Shown here piece by piece: positions 31,165 to 42,743 of a stretch of 64,000 nt of DNA; the stretch's first letter is position 1, and each line of letters opens with the position of its first letter. The translations under genes were made by a program, and so were the position numbers. The notes beneath the pieces were generated by a model, which was given only the letters and a program-made list of their open reading frames with translations, was not told where the DNA came from and made no database searches. This DNA is from Alphaproteobacteria bacterium. Lineage in GTDB: Bacteria; Pseudomonadota; Alphaproteobacteria; SP197. The stretch covers positions 1,856,001 to 1,920,000 of the forward strand of contig OZ219747.1 in NCBI GenBank assembly GCA_964291265.2. The letters are read 5' to 3'.

Positions 31165-33043
31165 GATCCGGCGCAAACCTCAGTGTGCCGCGGCGCCACG
31201 TGACGCCCGTTTGATCCAGGTGCTCCAGGAGATCCACCGCGTGATTGCGCCCGATGCCCAGAGCGTCACGCAGGTCGCCCACGCCGATGCCATCCGGGTT
31301 CTCCCGGAGCAGGCGGCGCACGGCCGTGTCCGCTTCGGCGACCTGCCGCGGTGTGAGGTAGCGGTTGCGCGCAATTCTCACCACGAGGCCAAAGGCGGTC
31401 ATTCGTTCGAGAAACCGGCGCAGGTCGTCAGGATTCATGTCCAGGGTGGCGGCAAGGGGATGAAGCGATGGTGGCGAGCCCGACGCCACCTCCATGGCTG
31501 CTTCGGTCCTGGCCCACAGGGCCAGGTCCCTGCCCGGCGGTTCCACCTTGTGTCCCGGACGGTGGATCACCACCCCGCGCCGCGCCAATGTGCCCGTGCG
31601 ACAGAGATCGTCGATGACCGCGCCGACGAGAACGGAATCGGCGGATCCGGGCACCAGCAAGTGGAGTTCCCCGGCTGCAGGCCCGAGCCGGTCCTGCCGG
31701 CGAGCGTGATCTGCGTCGACTGCGTCGAGCACACGGCCGGCGAGAGCGTTCCAGTGACGTTCATGGATCACGTGTTGGCGTCCGTCCCGGGTGAATCGGA
31801 ACAGGGGCTCGGGAAGGGGGCAGGCACCTGCCGCCAGGTTGCGTGACGAAAGGAAGGCCGCCGGATCGAGACCGGTCGCCGCGATGTCGATGAGGGCGTC
31901 CAGCACTTCTTCGTGATCCTTGCCATCGATGGCTCTCAGGCGCGCCAAGCGTTCGGGGCGGGCCCGTCCCCGTGCCGGTCCTGCAGCCTCGAGCACCCGC
32001 GCTCCGCCGATCGTGCGGCGTGCCGATATGTCGCGCAGCAGCAGGCGATCGTTCCAGGCCGGCACCAGCGGTCCGTCGACACGCAGCTGCGCCAGTCCGC
32101 TGCAACCGGGGGCAATCGCGGAATCCTCGAGCAGGGCGACGCGCCCGGTCACATGATCGGTCCCGTGGTGAACGTGCACGGCCTGCCAGTGCTTGAAGGC
32201 CCGGCGTTCACTTTCCAGGATCGTCACCACCGCGTCGATCCGGCGCGACGGCGCCAGGATGTCCGGCGTCACGACCCAGTCCCCGCGACGGACGTCGTTG
32301 CGGCCCAGCCCGGCGAGATTGATGGCGGCCCGTTCGCCGGCGCCAGCCCGATCCACCGGGCGGGCCTGGCCGCGAAGTGCCCGCGCCCGGGTGTCGAGTC
32401 CGGCAGGAAGCACGGTGAGGGAGTCGCCGGTAGAGACTTCCCCGGAACAGATGGTTCCGGTCACCACCAGCCCGGCGCCCTTCATGATGAAGGATCGGTC
32501 GACGGCAAGCCTGAATCCGCCCTCCCGGGCGGGAGCTGCCACGGCCTCTGCCGCATCCTCGAGATGGTGGCGCAGTCTGGAGAGACCTCTCCGGTCGACG
32601 ACGGAGGTGGCGATCACGGCCCCGAGATCCATGCCGTGATCGCTCACCAGGGCTTCGGCTGCAGCGGCGCTGCGCGAGACGAGCTCACCGGTAACGCGGT
32701 CGGCCTTGGTGACGGCGATCACCACCTGCCGGACGCCGAGAAGGGAGAGTACAGCCACGTGTTCGCTCGTTTGCGGCATGACGCCATCGTCGGCCGCGAC
32801 AGCGAGAAGGCCGAGATCGACCCGAGAGAGGCCGGCCACCATGTTCCGCACGAATCGTTCGTGGCCCGGCACGTCGATGAAGCCGATGCGCCGTCCGCAC
32901 GGCGGATCGAGCCATGCGTATCCAAGATCGATGGTGAGGCCGCGCCGCCTTTCTTCCGACAGCCGGTCGGTGTCGACGCCCGTCAACGCGGCCACAAGCG
33001 ATGTCTTGCCGTGGTCCACGTGACCGGCCGTGGCGATGATCAT
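31118..33043 (-). CDS. selB: Selenocysteine-specific elongation factor
   Basis: [27 protein letters not shown]-terminal winged helix (RDALGIGRN...LEHLD). Confidence 0.95.
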   Translation of the reverse strand: MIIATAGHVDHGKTSLVAALTGVDTDRLSEERRRGLTIDLGYAWLDPPCGRRIGFIDVPGHERFVRNMVAGLSRVDLGLLAVAADDGVMPQTSEHVAVLSLLGVRQVVIAVTKADRVTGELVSRSAAAAEALVSDHGMDLGAVIATSVVDRRGLSRLRHHLEDAAEAVAAPAREGGFRLAVDRSFIMKGAGLVVTGTICSGEVSTGDSLTVLPAGLDTRARALRGQARPVDRAGAGERAAINLAGLGRNDVRRGDWVVTPDILAPSRRIDAVVTILESERRAFKHWQAVHVHHGTDHVTGRVALLEDSAIAPGCSGLAQLRVDGPLVPAWNDRLLLRDISARRTIGGARVLEAAGPARGRARPERLARLRAIDGKDHEEVLDALIDIAATGLDPAAFLSSRNLAAGACPLPEPLFRFTRDGRQHVIHERHWNALAGRVLDAVDADHARRQDRLGPAAGELHLLVPGSADSVLVGAVIDDLCRTGTLARRGVVIHRPGHKVEPPGRDLALWARTEAAMEVASGSPPSLHPLAATLDMNPDDLRRFLERMTAFGLVVRIARNRYLTPRQVAEADTAVRRLLRENPDGIGVGDLRDALGIGRNHAVDLLEHLDQTGVTWRRGTLRFAPDLRGNPGRFSRMARVQ

Positions 33044-34419
33044 GGAAGATCCAGATCCCGCAGTCCGGCGCGGAACGCGTCGCTGTCGTCCAGGCAGCGC
33101 AGGTCAAGCAGGAGAGCGCCGCTCCTGATGGACCCGATGACGGGCCGAGGCAGGTGTCGCAGGGCGGCTGCGAGTCGCCGCAGACGCCGGTCCGAACCGC
33201 GTCCGGAATCTGCCGGACGAATGGCAAGGCCGGCACTGGGGAGGGTGGAGACGGGCTGTGCTCCGCTTCCTATCTGGCTTTCCAGGGGAACGACCTCGAC
33301 CGTGAAGGCGGGTGTGAGGGCGCCGGCGAGGTCACTCTCGAGCTCCCTGGCCTCGCGCATGATGTCGGCGGCGGCCCGCGTCAGCAGGCGCAGGACCGGG
33401 AGCGTGCGGGGCAGGCTCTCGGGATCCTCGTAGAGAGCCAGCGTTGCTTCAAGTGCCGCCAGCGTCGTCTTGTCGGGACGCATCGCCCGCATCATCGGAT
33501 TCGACGACATGCGGCTGACGAGATCGGCTCGTCCGACGACGATTCCGGCCTGGGGTCCTCCCAGAAGCTTGTCACCGCTGAAGGTCACGAGATCCACCCC
33601 GTGGGCCACGATATCGGCCACCACCGGTTCCCTGGGCAGACCCCAGCGGCTGAAATCGACCAGCGCTCCACTGCCGAGATCAACCGCGAAGGGTACGCCA
33701 TGGACCCTGGCGAGGCGTGCGAGTTCGGCTTCCTGCACTGCCGATGCAAAGCCCTGGATCACGTAGTTGCTTGTGTGGACTTTCAGCAACAGTCCGGTTC
33801 CAGGGCCGAGCGCCTCTTCGTAGTCGGCAAGGTGCGTCCGGTTCGTGGCCCCCACCTCCACCAACCGGGCACCGGCCCTCGCCATGATGGCCGGCAGGCG
33901 AAAGGCGCCGCCGATCTCCACCAGTTCTCCCCGTGAGACGGGAACCTGGCGTCGCAGCGCCAGCGTGTTGAGAAGCAGCATGACCGCGGCGGCATTGTTG
34001 TTGACGACAAGTGCGCTGTCGGCGCCCGTCAGGCGTTGCAGACGGTGTGCGACATCGGCCCCGCGGCTGCCCCGCCTGCCGCTTTCGAGATCGTACTCCA
34101 GTGCCGAGGGACCCGAAGCGACCCGCACCATGGCTTCGATGGCCGGCGCCGCCAGTGGTGCGCGTCCGAGATTGGTGTGAATGACCGTGCCGGTGAGATT
34201 GAAGACCCGACGCGGACCCGACTCCATGCGTGTCCTGCAGAAAGCCTCGACGAGAGCCGGGCCCTTGCCGGTCGCCCAGTCAACGGCTGAATGGTGGCGA
34301 ATGATGTCGCGCACGCCTTCCTTTGCCAGGCGCCGCCCATAGAGATCCTGAATGCCGGCCATGGCCGGCATGCGCAGTATGGTGTCCACGCTTGGCGGGC
34401 GTCGGGTGGCATCCACCAT
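33040..34419 (-). CDS. selA: L-seryl-tRNA(Sec) selenium transferase
   Basis: NLTGTVIHTNLGRA, VNNNAAAV, SRGELVEIGG, FSGDKLLGGPQAG; start at 34419 (or 34452). Confidence 0.95.
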   Translation of the reverse strand: MVDATRRPPSVDTILRMPAMAGIQDLYGRRLAKEGVRDIIRHHSAVDWATGKGPALVEAFCRTRMESGPRRVFNLTGTVIHTNLGRAPLAAPAIEAMVRVASGPSALEYDLESGRRGSRGADVAHRLQRLTGADSALVVNNNAAAVMLLLNTLALRRQVPVSRGELVEIGGAFRLPAIMARAGARLVEVGATNRTHLADYEEALGPGTGLLLKVHTSNYVIQGFASAVQEAELARLARVHGVPFAVDLGSGALVDFSRWGLPREPVVADIVAHGVDLVTFSGDKLLGGPQAGIVVGRADLVSRMSSNPMMRAMRPDKTTLAALEATLALYEDPESLPRTLPVLRLLTRAAADIMREARELESDLAGALTPAFTVEVVPLESQIGSGAQPVSTLPSAGLAIRPADSGRGSDRRLRRLAAALRHLPRPVIGSIRSGALLLDLRCLDDSDAFRAGLRDLDLP

Positions 34420-34494
34420 CGCCGCTGTCCCCTGGGGTTTGAACGGCGTCATGCTAGCTGGTTTGAACCGACGATGCAGGATAGGGTCGCCGCC

Positions 34495-36591
34495 ATGACA
34501 GAACACCGCCTTCGCCCGCTTCTCGAACCCCGCTCCATCGCCCTGGTGGGCGCCTCGGCACGTCCCGATTCGTTCGGCTATGCCACCTTGCGCAACCTCG
34601 CCGGCCCGCACTACGGGGGCAGGGTCCACGCGGTCAATCCTCGCTACGACAGGATCGATGACATCGACTGCCATCCCTCGCTTGGCGATGTCCCGGGAGG
34701 CGTCGAGCATGCCGTTCTCTCGGTTGCGAATGCCCGCATCGAGGCAGCCCTCGTCGATGCGGTCGAGGCGGGTGTGCGTTCGGTGACCATCTTCGGCAGC
34801 GTTTATCTCGAGGGGGATACGGCCGAATCGAATCTCAAGGATCGCCTGCAGGGGATCGCGAGGGAGGCGGGACTTCTCGTCATCGGCGCGAACTGCATGG
34901 GTTACGTGAACTACTCGGTCGGTGCCCGGGTCACGTGGATGAACGTGTCGGAAGACGGCTGGTTTGATCCGGGGCACATCACTCTCATCAGCCATTCGGG
35001 CACCTGCTTTCTGACCCTGCAATTCACCGACCCGAGGCACCGGCACAACCTCTGTATTTCGGCGGGCCAGGAGCTCACGGTGACGGCCGCCGACTACATC
35101 GACTATGCGCTCGACAAGGAGAGTACGCGGGTCATCGCGCTCTTCCTCGAGACGGTACGCGATCCCGATGGCTTCCGGGCGGCCCTTGACAGGGCGGCCG
35201 GGGCGAACATTCCGGTTGTGGCGATCAAGGTGGGTCGAATCAGCCGGAGTGCGGAGCTGGCGCGCAGTCACTCCGGTGCGCTCGCCGGAAACGACGCCGC
35301 GTACGAAGCGGTCTTCGACCATTACGGCGTGCTGCGGGTCGACAACTGGAATGAACTCGCCGCGGCCAGCCGTCTCTTTGCGCACCACAAGGAGCTCGCT
35401 CCCGGGGGGCTTGCAGGAATCATGGATTCGGGCGGCGCCCGCGGCATGCTGCTCGATCTTGCAGCGAGGATGGACGTTCCCTTCGCCGATATCGGCGACG
35501 ACACGGCAAGGGCGCTCGCGGGTCTCCTGGAGTACGGTCTCGAACCGGTGAACCCGACAGATGTGTGGGGCTCGGGCAGGGATTGGCAGGATGTCTATAC
35601 GGGCTCCATGAAGGCCCTGGCCGATGATCCCGCGTCGGCCATGACGGGACTCTTCGCGGACTTCGGCGAGAGCAGGACAGGCGGTGCCGCATACCTCGAT
35701 CTCTGCGAGAAGATCGAGCGGGAGACGGCGAAGCCGGTCTTCTTCTGTCAGCACTGGAGCCGGGCCATGGACCCGGAGATGACGAGGAGGACGGCGGCGA
35801 GTCCGATACTCGTCATTGACGGCACCGAGACCTTCCTCGCCGCAGTGCGCCTTGCCATGCAGCGCCGCGACCGGATGGACGATTCCCCAGGCGACATGGC
35901 TCCCGTCCCCGCGGAACCGGTGATCGAACACTGGCGCCACCGCCTTGCCGGAGCCGGGGCGCTCGATGAGAACGAGGGCCTCGCCCTCCTCGAGAGTTTC
36001 GGCATCGTCGCTCCGGCAAGGCAGATGGCGGCCTCGGCCGACGAGTGCGTCGCGGCTGCCGCCGCCATCGGCTGGCCCGTGGTCCTCAAGACAGCCGCCA
36101 GCGGTCTCCTGCACAAGACCGAAGCCTCCGGTGTCATTCTCGCAGTCGGCAACGAAGACGATGTCGTGCGAGGCTGGCATGATCTCGCGGGGAGGCTGGG
36201 TCCGCGGGTGCTGGTGGAGGCCATGGCTCCCCGCGGGGTGGAGATGGCGGCCGGCATCGTCGTCGACGGACAGTTCGGGCCCCTTGTGATGATTGCCGCA
36301 GGAGGGGTTCTCGTCGAGACGCACGCCGACCGCAGGTTCCTTCTCCCTCCTGCCGGACGGGCAAGCGTGCGCCGCGCCATCGATCAGCTCGCCTGCCGGG
36401 CCCTCCTCGATGGTGTGAGAGGCGGCGAAGCGGTGGACGTGGATGCCCTGGTCGACGCCGTCGCCAGGCTCTCCGTCATCGCCACGACCCTGGGCGACTG
36501 CCTTGCCGAACTCGACATCAACCCGTTCATCGTCCACCCGCAGGGTTGTCAGGCGGTCGACGCCCTCGTCCTCCCGCGGGTCCATCCCTGA
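34495..36591 (+). CDS. Acetate/acyl-CoA ligase (ADP-forming) family protein
   Basis: PRSIALVGAS, GANCMG, SHSGALAG, ATP-grasp WPVVLK...HKTE...ELDINP. Confidence 0.9.
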   Translation: MTEHRLRPLLEPRSIALVGASARPDSFGYATLRNLAGPHYGGRVHAVNPRYDRIDDIDCHPSLGDVPGGVEHAVLSVANARIEAALVDAVEAGVRSVTIFGSVYLEGDTAESNLKDRLQGIAREAGLLVIGANCMGYVNYSVGARVTWMNVSEDGWFDPGHITLISHSGTCFLTLQFTDPRHRHNLCISAGQELTVTAADYIDYALDKESTRVIALFLETVRDPDGFRAALDRAAGANIPVVAIKVGRISRSAELARSHSGALAGNDAAYEAVFDHYGVLRVDNWNELAAASRLFAHHKELAPGGLAGIMDSGGARGMLLDLAARMDVPFADIGDDTARALAGLLEYGLEPVNPTDVWGSGRDWQDVYTGSMKALADDPASAMTGLFADFGESRTGGAAYLDLCEKIERETAKPVFFCQHWSRAMDPEMTRRTAASPILVIDGTETFLAAVRLAMQRRDRMDDSPGDMAPVPAEPVIEHWRHRLAGAGALDENEGLALLESFGIVAPARQMAASADECVAAAAAIGWPVVLKTAASGLLHKTEASGVILAVGNEDDVVRGWHDLAGRLGPRVLVEAMAPRGVEMAAGIVVDGQFGPLVMIAAGGVLVETHADRRFLLPPAGRASVRRAIDQLACRALLDGVRGGEAVDVDALVDAVARLSVIATTLGDCLAELDINPFIVHPQGCQAVDALVLPRVHP

Positions 36592-36964
36592 TCCCCGGGA
36601 CCGTCGACACCCTGTCGCCGGAAGCCGCTGAGGCATGACGACACGCGGATGTGGTTCCGATCATGCATCTGTTCTCAAGGAGCTCGTGCACGTCTGCCCG
36701 GACCCCATCAAGGTCCACAGATCAGCGATGCTGCCGGCTGGCCAAGCCGTGGAAGCGAGCCGGGTTCCACGTGGTTGCAACGCTTGAGGCCGCATACATG
36801 CGGGACGTTGAAAGCTCCCGGGCCGGCCGGTTCCGGTTCGTCACTCCACTCGGGGACGTGGCGGCCGATGCACGTCACGAGTCACCTGCTCGTCATCGGC
36901 CACCCAACAGTCCATCGCGGGAGCATCATGTCGCCACCGGGGGCCGCGGCGCCCGTGAGCTGCG

Positions 36965-37711
36965 TCAGGCGATGAACGCGAAGTCACCGGCCGTGAGTTC
37001 CGCGCTCCAGTCCTCAAGGGTCAGGGTGTCGTCCCCGAAGTGGATCACCGTATTGCCGTCCGCCTTGCGGATGTCGAGGTCGCCGAATCCGGCAACCCCG
37101 GCGATCTTCTTCAGAATGATGGTGTCCCCTTTCTGGAAGTCCGCGATGACGTCGTCGCTCACGCCCTTGTAGACGAATTCATCGTTCCCGGCCCCGCCGA
37201 TGAGCCTGTCGTTGCCCGGGCCCCCGTGCAGCCGGTCGTTCCCGGCCCCGCCGTCGAGCGTGTCGTTGCCCTTGCCACCCTGCAGCCGGTCGTTCCCGTC
37301 CCCGCCGTTGAGCGTGTCGTCGCCCATGTTGCCATGGAGGATGTCGTCTTGCTTGCCTCCATGGATCTCGTCGTTGCCCTTCTTGCCAAAAATTTCGGCC
37401 CCGACGTAGCCGTGGACCACTTCGTTCGCGTCCGTGCCCACGGGCGGCCAAACCCCGTCTTCGACCGCAACGTACCGAAGGTTCTTCTCCAGGTCGATCT
37501 TCGACTGGGGTACTCGGAATTCAATAGCGAAAGCAACGATATCTTGATCACTGAGGGGGGATCCATCTCTCCGGATGATCGTCCACGCCGATCGTGAATC
37601 GAGAACGCGGACCTCCCACCCCTCGGGCAATTCAATGACATCCTGTTCGGGATCAAACTCCCACAGGATTGCTTGCTTGATGGGTCTGTAGACTTTGCCT
37701 GACGTGGTCAT
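36965..37711 (-). CDS. Small RTX-type calcium-binding repeat protein
   Basis: About 8 GGxGxDxLx nonapeptides; C-terminal DVIADF...DFAF resembles a T1SS signal. Confidence 0.8.
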   Translation of the reverse strand: MTTSGKVYRPIKQAILWEFDPEQDVIELPEGWEVRVLDSRSAWTIIRRDGSPLSDQDIVAFAIEFRVPQSKIDLEKNLRYVAVEDGVWPPVGTDANEVVHGYVGAEIFGKKGNDEIHGGKQDDILHGNMGDDTLNGGDGNDRLQGGKGNDTLDGGAGNDRLHGGPGNDRLIGGAGNDEFVYKGVSDDVIADFQKGDTIILKKIAGVAGFGDLDIRKADGNTVIHFGDDTLTLEDWSAELTAGDFAFIA

Positions 37712-38690
37712 GAGATTGTGCCCCCCTGTTCCTGGGCCGCGAACTTGCCGCCCTGACCCTGCTGTTTACCCGTTCCCGCCCCGGCATGCAATTCCCGGAG
37801 GAAACAGTGCGGGCAGGTTCTGCCGCCTGTTCCCGGCTGGCATCTTCGGCCCGACGGCCTGTCGGCAGTGCCCGCCCGAGACGTCGGTCGGCGGCGCCGA
37901 CGCATCCGCTCGGGACGCGGTCGCGCAGACCAGCGGAGCCCCTGCTCGAGGCGGAGGCTTGTTCCCGGATGGACGGTCCTGGTCTGGTTGAGTTCGCCGA
38001 TCAGCGGAGTCTTGATGACACCCGACCGCAGGCTCTCGTTGAAGGTGCTGTGCGACACGCCCAGTGCACGGGCAATAGGCGCGTCCGCCCGGAACCCGGG
38101 GCCGCATCCCCCGGCGCGCCGCGGCAGGGGCCGGGAAGATCACTCGTGCGTCCCGTGGCCGCCGCGGTGCGCCGAAGACCGCCTCGCCCCTGGCCTCCCG
38201 GTGCTTCTCCGCACGCCAGACATCGAAGGCCCTCGCCGGATCGACACGGCGCACGCCGCACCGTCAAGAACCTGGCGATGCCCAGAGCCCAGAGCCCGGG
38301 GCCTGTCGACGGGTGTCGTGACGGGTGGCATGGCAGTCAACAGGGCTCGGGATGGGAGACGTGTGCCTTGCCTGATCGCCGATGACGGCCCACGAGAAGG
38401 AGGAGGCGATGGGTCGTGGCATCGGCTCCCTGGAGCGGAACGAGGCGTTGTTGATGGATCCCGGGACGTGGAGCAGAGCACTACGGGTGCCTCCATTCAC
38501 GGCGGAACCCCACGCCTTCTACTTCAGACCCGAAACCGAACCCGGCGGGCTCAATCAGCTGGTCGATGGGATGGAGGCGGATGAGCTCGCTCGAAAGCAG
38601 GCTCAGGTGATCATTTCCGACATCGATCTGCTGGCGCCTGTCCCCGAGACAAGGCGCATTGCGAGATGCGCTGTCAGCCGCGGACAGACG

Positions 38691-39599
38691 TCATGGCCGG
38701 AACGTCGGGTGTCCGGGATGTCCGACACGCAGGCGCAGAAAGGTCGTTTCCGCGGTGACGAAGAGATCGCGCATGTCGTCGCCCCCGAAGCAGAAGTTGG
38801 CCGGAAACCGGGGGGTCAGGATGACGCCGAGCAGGGTGGCGTCCGCATCGAAGACATGGATTCCGCCCGGGCCGCCGCACCACACGTTTCCCATGGCATC
38901 GACCTTCATGCCGTCCGGCGAGCCATCTCCAAGCGCGCCGTCGTCGTCCCGCGTCTCGGCGAAGAGCAGGCCGCCCGAGGCGCCGCCCTCGGCGTCGATC
39001 TCGTAGGCCCTGATGTGCTGACGTTCGCTGTCGTTGACGTAAAGGCGTGACTTGTCGGGCGAGAAGCAGAGACCGTTCGGCCCGTCGTAGTCGTCGTCGA
39101 CGAGGTGAAGGGTGCCGGAAGCGTCGATCCGGAAGACGCCGCGGAAGGGCAGGCCCGGCTCGCGCGTCACGCCTGTGTGGCCCGTCCGGCCGTAGAGTGG
39201 ATCGGTGAACCAGATCCCGCCGCGATCGTCGACGACAATGTCATTGGGGCTGTTCAGTTCGTTGCCCTGCCAGGCGTTCGCCAGCACGGTCACCTCGCCA
39301 TCGTGCTCGAGACGGCTGACCCGGCTGGAGGCGTGCTCGCACATCAGCAGCCGGCCCCGGGCGTCGTAGCAGGTGCCGTTGGTCATGTTGCTGGGTTCGC
39401 GCAGGACTTCGAACCTGCCGGTCGAGGCGTGCCAGCGGTGAATGCGGTTCGACGGAATGTCGGTGAACGTCACATGGCGTTCCGTCGGATGCCAGGACGG
39501 ACCTTCCGTGAACCTGAACCCCTCGGCCAGCGTTTCGAAGACGGAATCCTCGACGACGAGATCCCTGAAACGGTCGTGGGCGGCGCGATAGATGGACAT
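38691..39599 (-). CDS. SMP-30/gluconolactonase family protein
   Basis: FTEGP, NSPND, PNGLCFSPD, PDGMKVD. Confidence 0.9.
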   Translation of the reverse strand: MSIYRAAHDRFRDLVVEDSVFETLAEGFRFTEGPSWHPTERHVTFTDIPSNRIHRWHASTGRFEVLREPSNMTNGTCYDARGRLLMCEHASSRVSRLEHDGEVTVLANAWQGNELNSPNDIVVDDRGGIWFTDPLYGRTGHTGVTREPGLPFRGVFRIDASGTLHLVDDDYDGPNGLCFSPDKSRLYVNDSERQHIRAYEIDAEGGASGGLLFAETRDDDGALGDGSPDGMKVDAMGNVWCGGPGGIHVFDADATLLGVILTPRFPANFCFGGDDMRDLFVTAETTFLRLRVGHPGHPTFRP

Positions 39600-40305
39600 G
39601 ACCTACTCCCGCCTCGGACCGCCGCCCGGCTTGCCGGCGTGGGACGGCCGGCTGAGTGAAGCCGCCGGTGCGCCGCCTCCCACGAAGGTTCGGCGCCAGG
39701 TCCGCGAGGCGGGCCATGAACACGGTCCGCAGGCGATCGTCACCGGCATGGTGGTCAGTCCCTCCGCTCCGCCAGCTTCCAGTGCGATGAGGCTTACCAT
39801 CACGCTCGATGATGCGCCAGACAAGACACAATGCGCCTTGACAGGCGATGCGCCGATCAGGCTGTCCAGTCCCCCGATACAGTTGAAGCGTGCGTTTGTG
39901 CCCCGTATTGGTCAGATGAAGGAAGCTCAGCCATGAACCGCGCGGTCCTGGAGGAAGCTGACCTGGTCATGCCTCGATTCACCGCGTTCATGAAGGCAGG
40001 GGAGATGACGGGCATCGAGGGCCCGTTCAGAACCGTCGATCACCCGAGAGATACCCCGCTGGAGCTGCCGTGACGCGGTCTATGCAGCCTGCCGGGAAAG
40101 AACACTGAACGTCGCAGGTTCACACCGCTTCTGCCCTTGACGAGAATCGATGGACAACCCTTCGCTTCGCGCTGGCGGCGCCGGGATGCGGCGAAGGCCG
40201 CGTCGACCGTCGGCCGGTGGTTGCCCGCCGGACTGCGGGATCACCTTTGACACGCCTGCAGCAGGGTGTACAGGATAGGGACGGTGCTCGACGCGAGAGG
40301 CCTTC

Positions 40306-41238
40306 GTGAGCGGTTTTCCCTATTCCCGCGTGGCGGTCACGGGAGGCAGCGGCCGGCTGGGTCGCTACGTGGCAAGGCATCTGGAAGCGATCTGCGATGT
40401 CACCGTCATCGATGTCGAGGCCGGTGACGGCCGGGTGACTCCGTGTGACGTGCGTGATATCGATGCCGTGCGGAGAGCGCTGCAGGGATGCCAGGCGGTG
40501 GTCCACCTGGCGGCCCTCGATGATGGCATCGTCGAGGAGGAGGAAGCCTACGTCGACGTCAACCTGCGAGGCACGTGGAACGTCCTGCAGGCATCCGAGG
40601 AACTCGGCGTCTCGCGCGTGGTGCTGGCCTCGAGCGTGGCCGCACTCGGAATGGGCGCCGACAATCCGCCGGGCGTGCTGCCGTTGCCGGTGGAGACCGA
40701 GCTGCGGCCCCGTCAGGCCTACGGCGTGACGAAGAAGGTGGCGGAGCAGTTCGCCCGGACCTTCGTTGACCGGGGACGCCTCGAGGTCATCTCGCTCAGG
40801 CCCAGCCTTGTCGCCCAGCCGGACATCACCTGGTCCATGGCGCAGACGGCTGCCGAGGCCGATGGTACCGAGCCGCCGCCTGCCGCCAGCGGGACGGGCT
40901 GGCGGCTCCTGCGCGAGCCGCTGGCTGTCACGAGGGCCTTCGTCTCTCCCGATGACGCGGCCAGGGCCTTCCGCGCCGCCCTCGCGGTGCGCGGCATCCG
41001 CTGCGGCAGCTTCTATGTCACCGGTCCGGACACCTGTTCGGCCCTGGATACCATCGAGGCCATCGAGCGGTCATGCGGTCACCGGCCGGCGATCATTGAC
41101 GCGGCACTCTACCGGCGCGATCCGCGCGCCAGCGCCTTTGACCTGCGACCATCGAGGGAGGTCCTGGGGTGGCAGCCCGAGGACTGCTGGGCCGATCACC
41201 TCGCCCGCGTCATGGCCTCTGCCGGAGCGTCGCCATGA
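40306..41238 (+). CDS. NAD-dependent epimerase/dehydratase (extended SDR)
   Basis: TGGSGRLG, HLAA, YGVTK. Confidence 0.88.
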   Translation: MSGFPYSRVAVTGGSGRLGRYVARHLEAICDVTVIDVEAGDGRVTPCDVRDIDAVRRALQGCQAVVHLAALDDGIVEEEEAYVDVNLRGTWNVLQASEELGVSRVVLASSVAALGMGADNPPGVLPLPVETELRPRQAYGVTKKVAEQFARTFVDRGRLEVISLRPSLVAQPDITWSMAQTAAEADGTEPPPAASGTGWRLLREPLAVTRAFVSPDDAARAFRAALAVRGIRCGSFYVTGPDTCSALDTIEAIERSCGHRPAIIDAALYRRDPRASAFDLRPSREVLGWQPEDCWADHLARVMASAGASP

Positions 41239-42743
41239 CCATGCTCTTGAGGGGCGGGCGTATCCTCGATGCCGAAGCCCGGGATGCGCCCTATCGCGAC
41301 CTGATGATCAGGGACGGCGCCATCCTTGACGTGATGCCGCCTGGAACCGGCGGCCCCGAGGGCGCCCCGGAGAGGGATGTTTCCGGTTATCTCGTCATAC
41401 CCGGACTCGTCAACGGCCATACCCATGGCCACGGCAGTCTCGGCAAGGGCCGCGGCGACCGCTGGTCCCTGGAGCTTCTGCTCAATGCCGGCGTGTGGAT
41501 CAGCGGCCAGCGCACCGCCGAGGACATGTACCTTGCCACGCTTCTCAATGCCGCGGAGATGATCCGTCGGGGGTGCACGGCCTCCTATGACCTGACCCTC
41601 GAGTTGCCGCACCCCAGTGCCGCCGGCATCCGCGAGGTGGCCAGGGCCTACGAGGATGCCGGCATGCGGGCCATCGTCGCCCCCATGGTGGCGGACATCG
41701 GTTTCCACGACCTTGTGCCGGGTCTCGGCGAGGCCATGGGCCCCGGGCTGCGGGACACCGTGAAGGCATGGAAACCCGAACCCTGGCAGGTGGCGCTTGA
41801 CGCCTGCCGCGACATCGTCCGGGACTGGTCCCCGGCGAGCGACATGGTGCGCCCCGGCCTCGCTCCGACCATCCCGATGCACTGCACGGATGACTTTCTC
41901 AAGGCCTGCCGGGATTTCGCCAGGGAGCATTGCCTGCCTGTGCACATGCACATGGCGGAATCGAAGCTCCAGTCCATTCTCGGTCATGAGACCTATGGCA
42001 TGTCGCTCACTCGCCATGTCGACGGGATCGGGCTCGTGGACGAACGGTTCACGGCGGCACATGGTGTCTGGCTCGATGACGACGAGGTGCGTCTTCTCGC
42101 TGATCGGGGCGCCTCGGTGGTCCACAATCCGGGCAGCAATCTGCGGCTTGGATCGGGCCTTGCCGCGGTGCGCCGCATGCTTCAGGCCGGACTCAACGTT
42201 GCCGTGGGCTCGGACGGCTCCAACTCTTCGGACAACCAGAACATGTTCGAGGCGATGCGCCTTTGCGCCTATGTGTCGCGGATCATGACACACGATCTCT
42301 CCCGGTGGGTGTCGGCTGAGGAAGCTTTCCGGATGACCACCCTGGGTGGCGCCCGCGCCATGGGCCTCGAAGGCAGGATCGGACGGATCGCACCGGGATA
42401 CCTGGCGGATCTCGTCTTCATCGATCTGGGGGATCTCTCCTGGCTGCCCCTCAACGATCCGCTCAACCAGCTGGTCTATGCTGACGATGGCGGGGCGGTC
42501 GACCATGTGATGATCAACGGCCGCATGGTCTATGAAAACCGACGGTTCACGACCATCGACACCGATGTCCTCGCAACACGGATCAACGGCGCCATGGAAC
42601 GCCTCAACGCGGCGACTGGCGAAAGGCGTGAGGTGGTGACGGCCCTCGAGCCGATCGTGGCCAACCTCTGCGTCTGCTTCATGTCAAGGTCGTGGCACCT
42701 CAGCCGCATATGCGAACGGACAGGAGGGAGGGAGGAGCGGTGA
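41235..42743 (+). CDS. Amidohydrolase (TRZ/ATZ/MTA-deaminase type)
   Basis: PGLVNGHTH, HMAES, AHGVW, HNPGSN, GSDG. Confidence 0.88.
   Translation: MTMLLRGGRILDAEARDAPYRDLMIRDGAILDVMPPGTGGPEGAPERDVSGYLVIPGLVNGHTHGHGSLGKGRGDRWSLELLLNAGVWISGQRTAEDMYLATLLNAAEMIRRGCTASYDLTLELPHPSAAGIREVARAYEDAGMRAIVAPMVADIGFHDLVPGLGEAMGPGLRDTVKAWKPEPWQVALDACRDIVRDWSPASDMVRPGLAPTIPMHCTDDFLKACRDFAREHCLPVHMHMAESKLQSILGHETYGMSLTRHVDGIGLVDERFTAAHGVWLDDDEVRLLADRGASVVHNPGSNLRLGSGLAAVRRMLQAGLNVAVGSDGSNSSDNQNMFEAMRLCAYVSRIMTHDLSRWVSAEEAFRMTTLGGARAMGLEGRIGRIAPGYLADLVFIDLGDLSWLPLNDPLNQLVYADDGGAVDHVMINGRMVYENRRFTTIDTDVLATRINGAMERLNAATGERREVVTALEPIVANLCVCFMSRSWHLSRICERTGGREER

Noticed and set aside
33040-36636. 1198-aa ORF suggesting a giant SelA fusion
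   Set aside because: The N-terminal ~740 aa are the antisense shadow of the acyl-CoA ligase on the + strand; SelA motifs start near 34419.
37990-38650. HTH-like fragment (IARALGVSHSTFNESLRSG) and the ORF starting at 38382
   Set aside because: Too fragmentary to assign, and the longer ORF runs antisense into the gluconolactonase gene.
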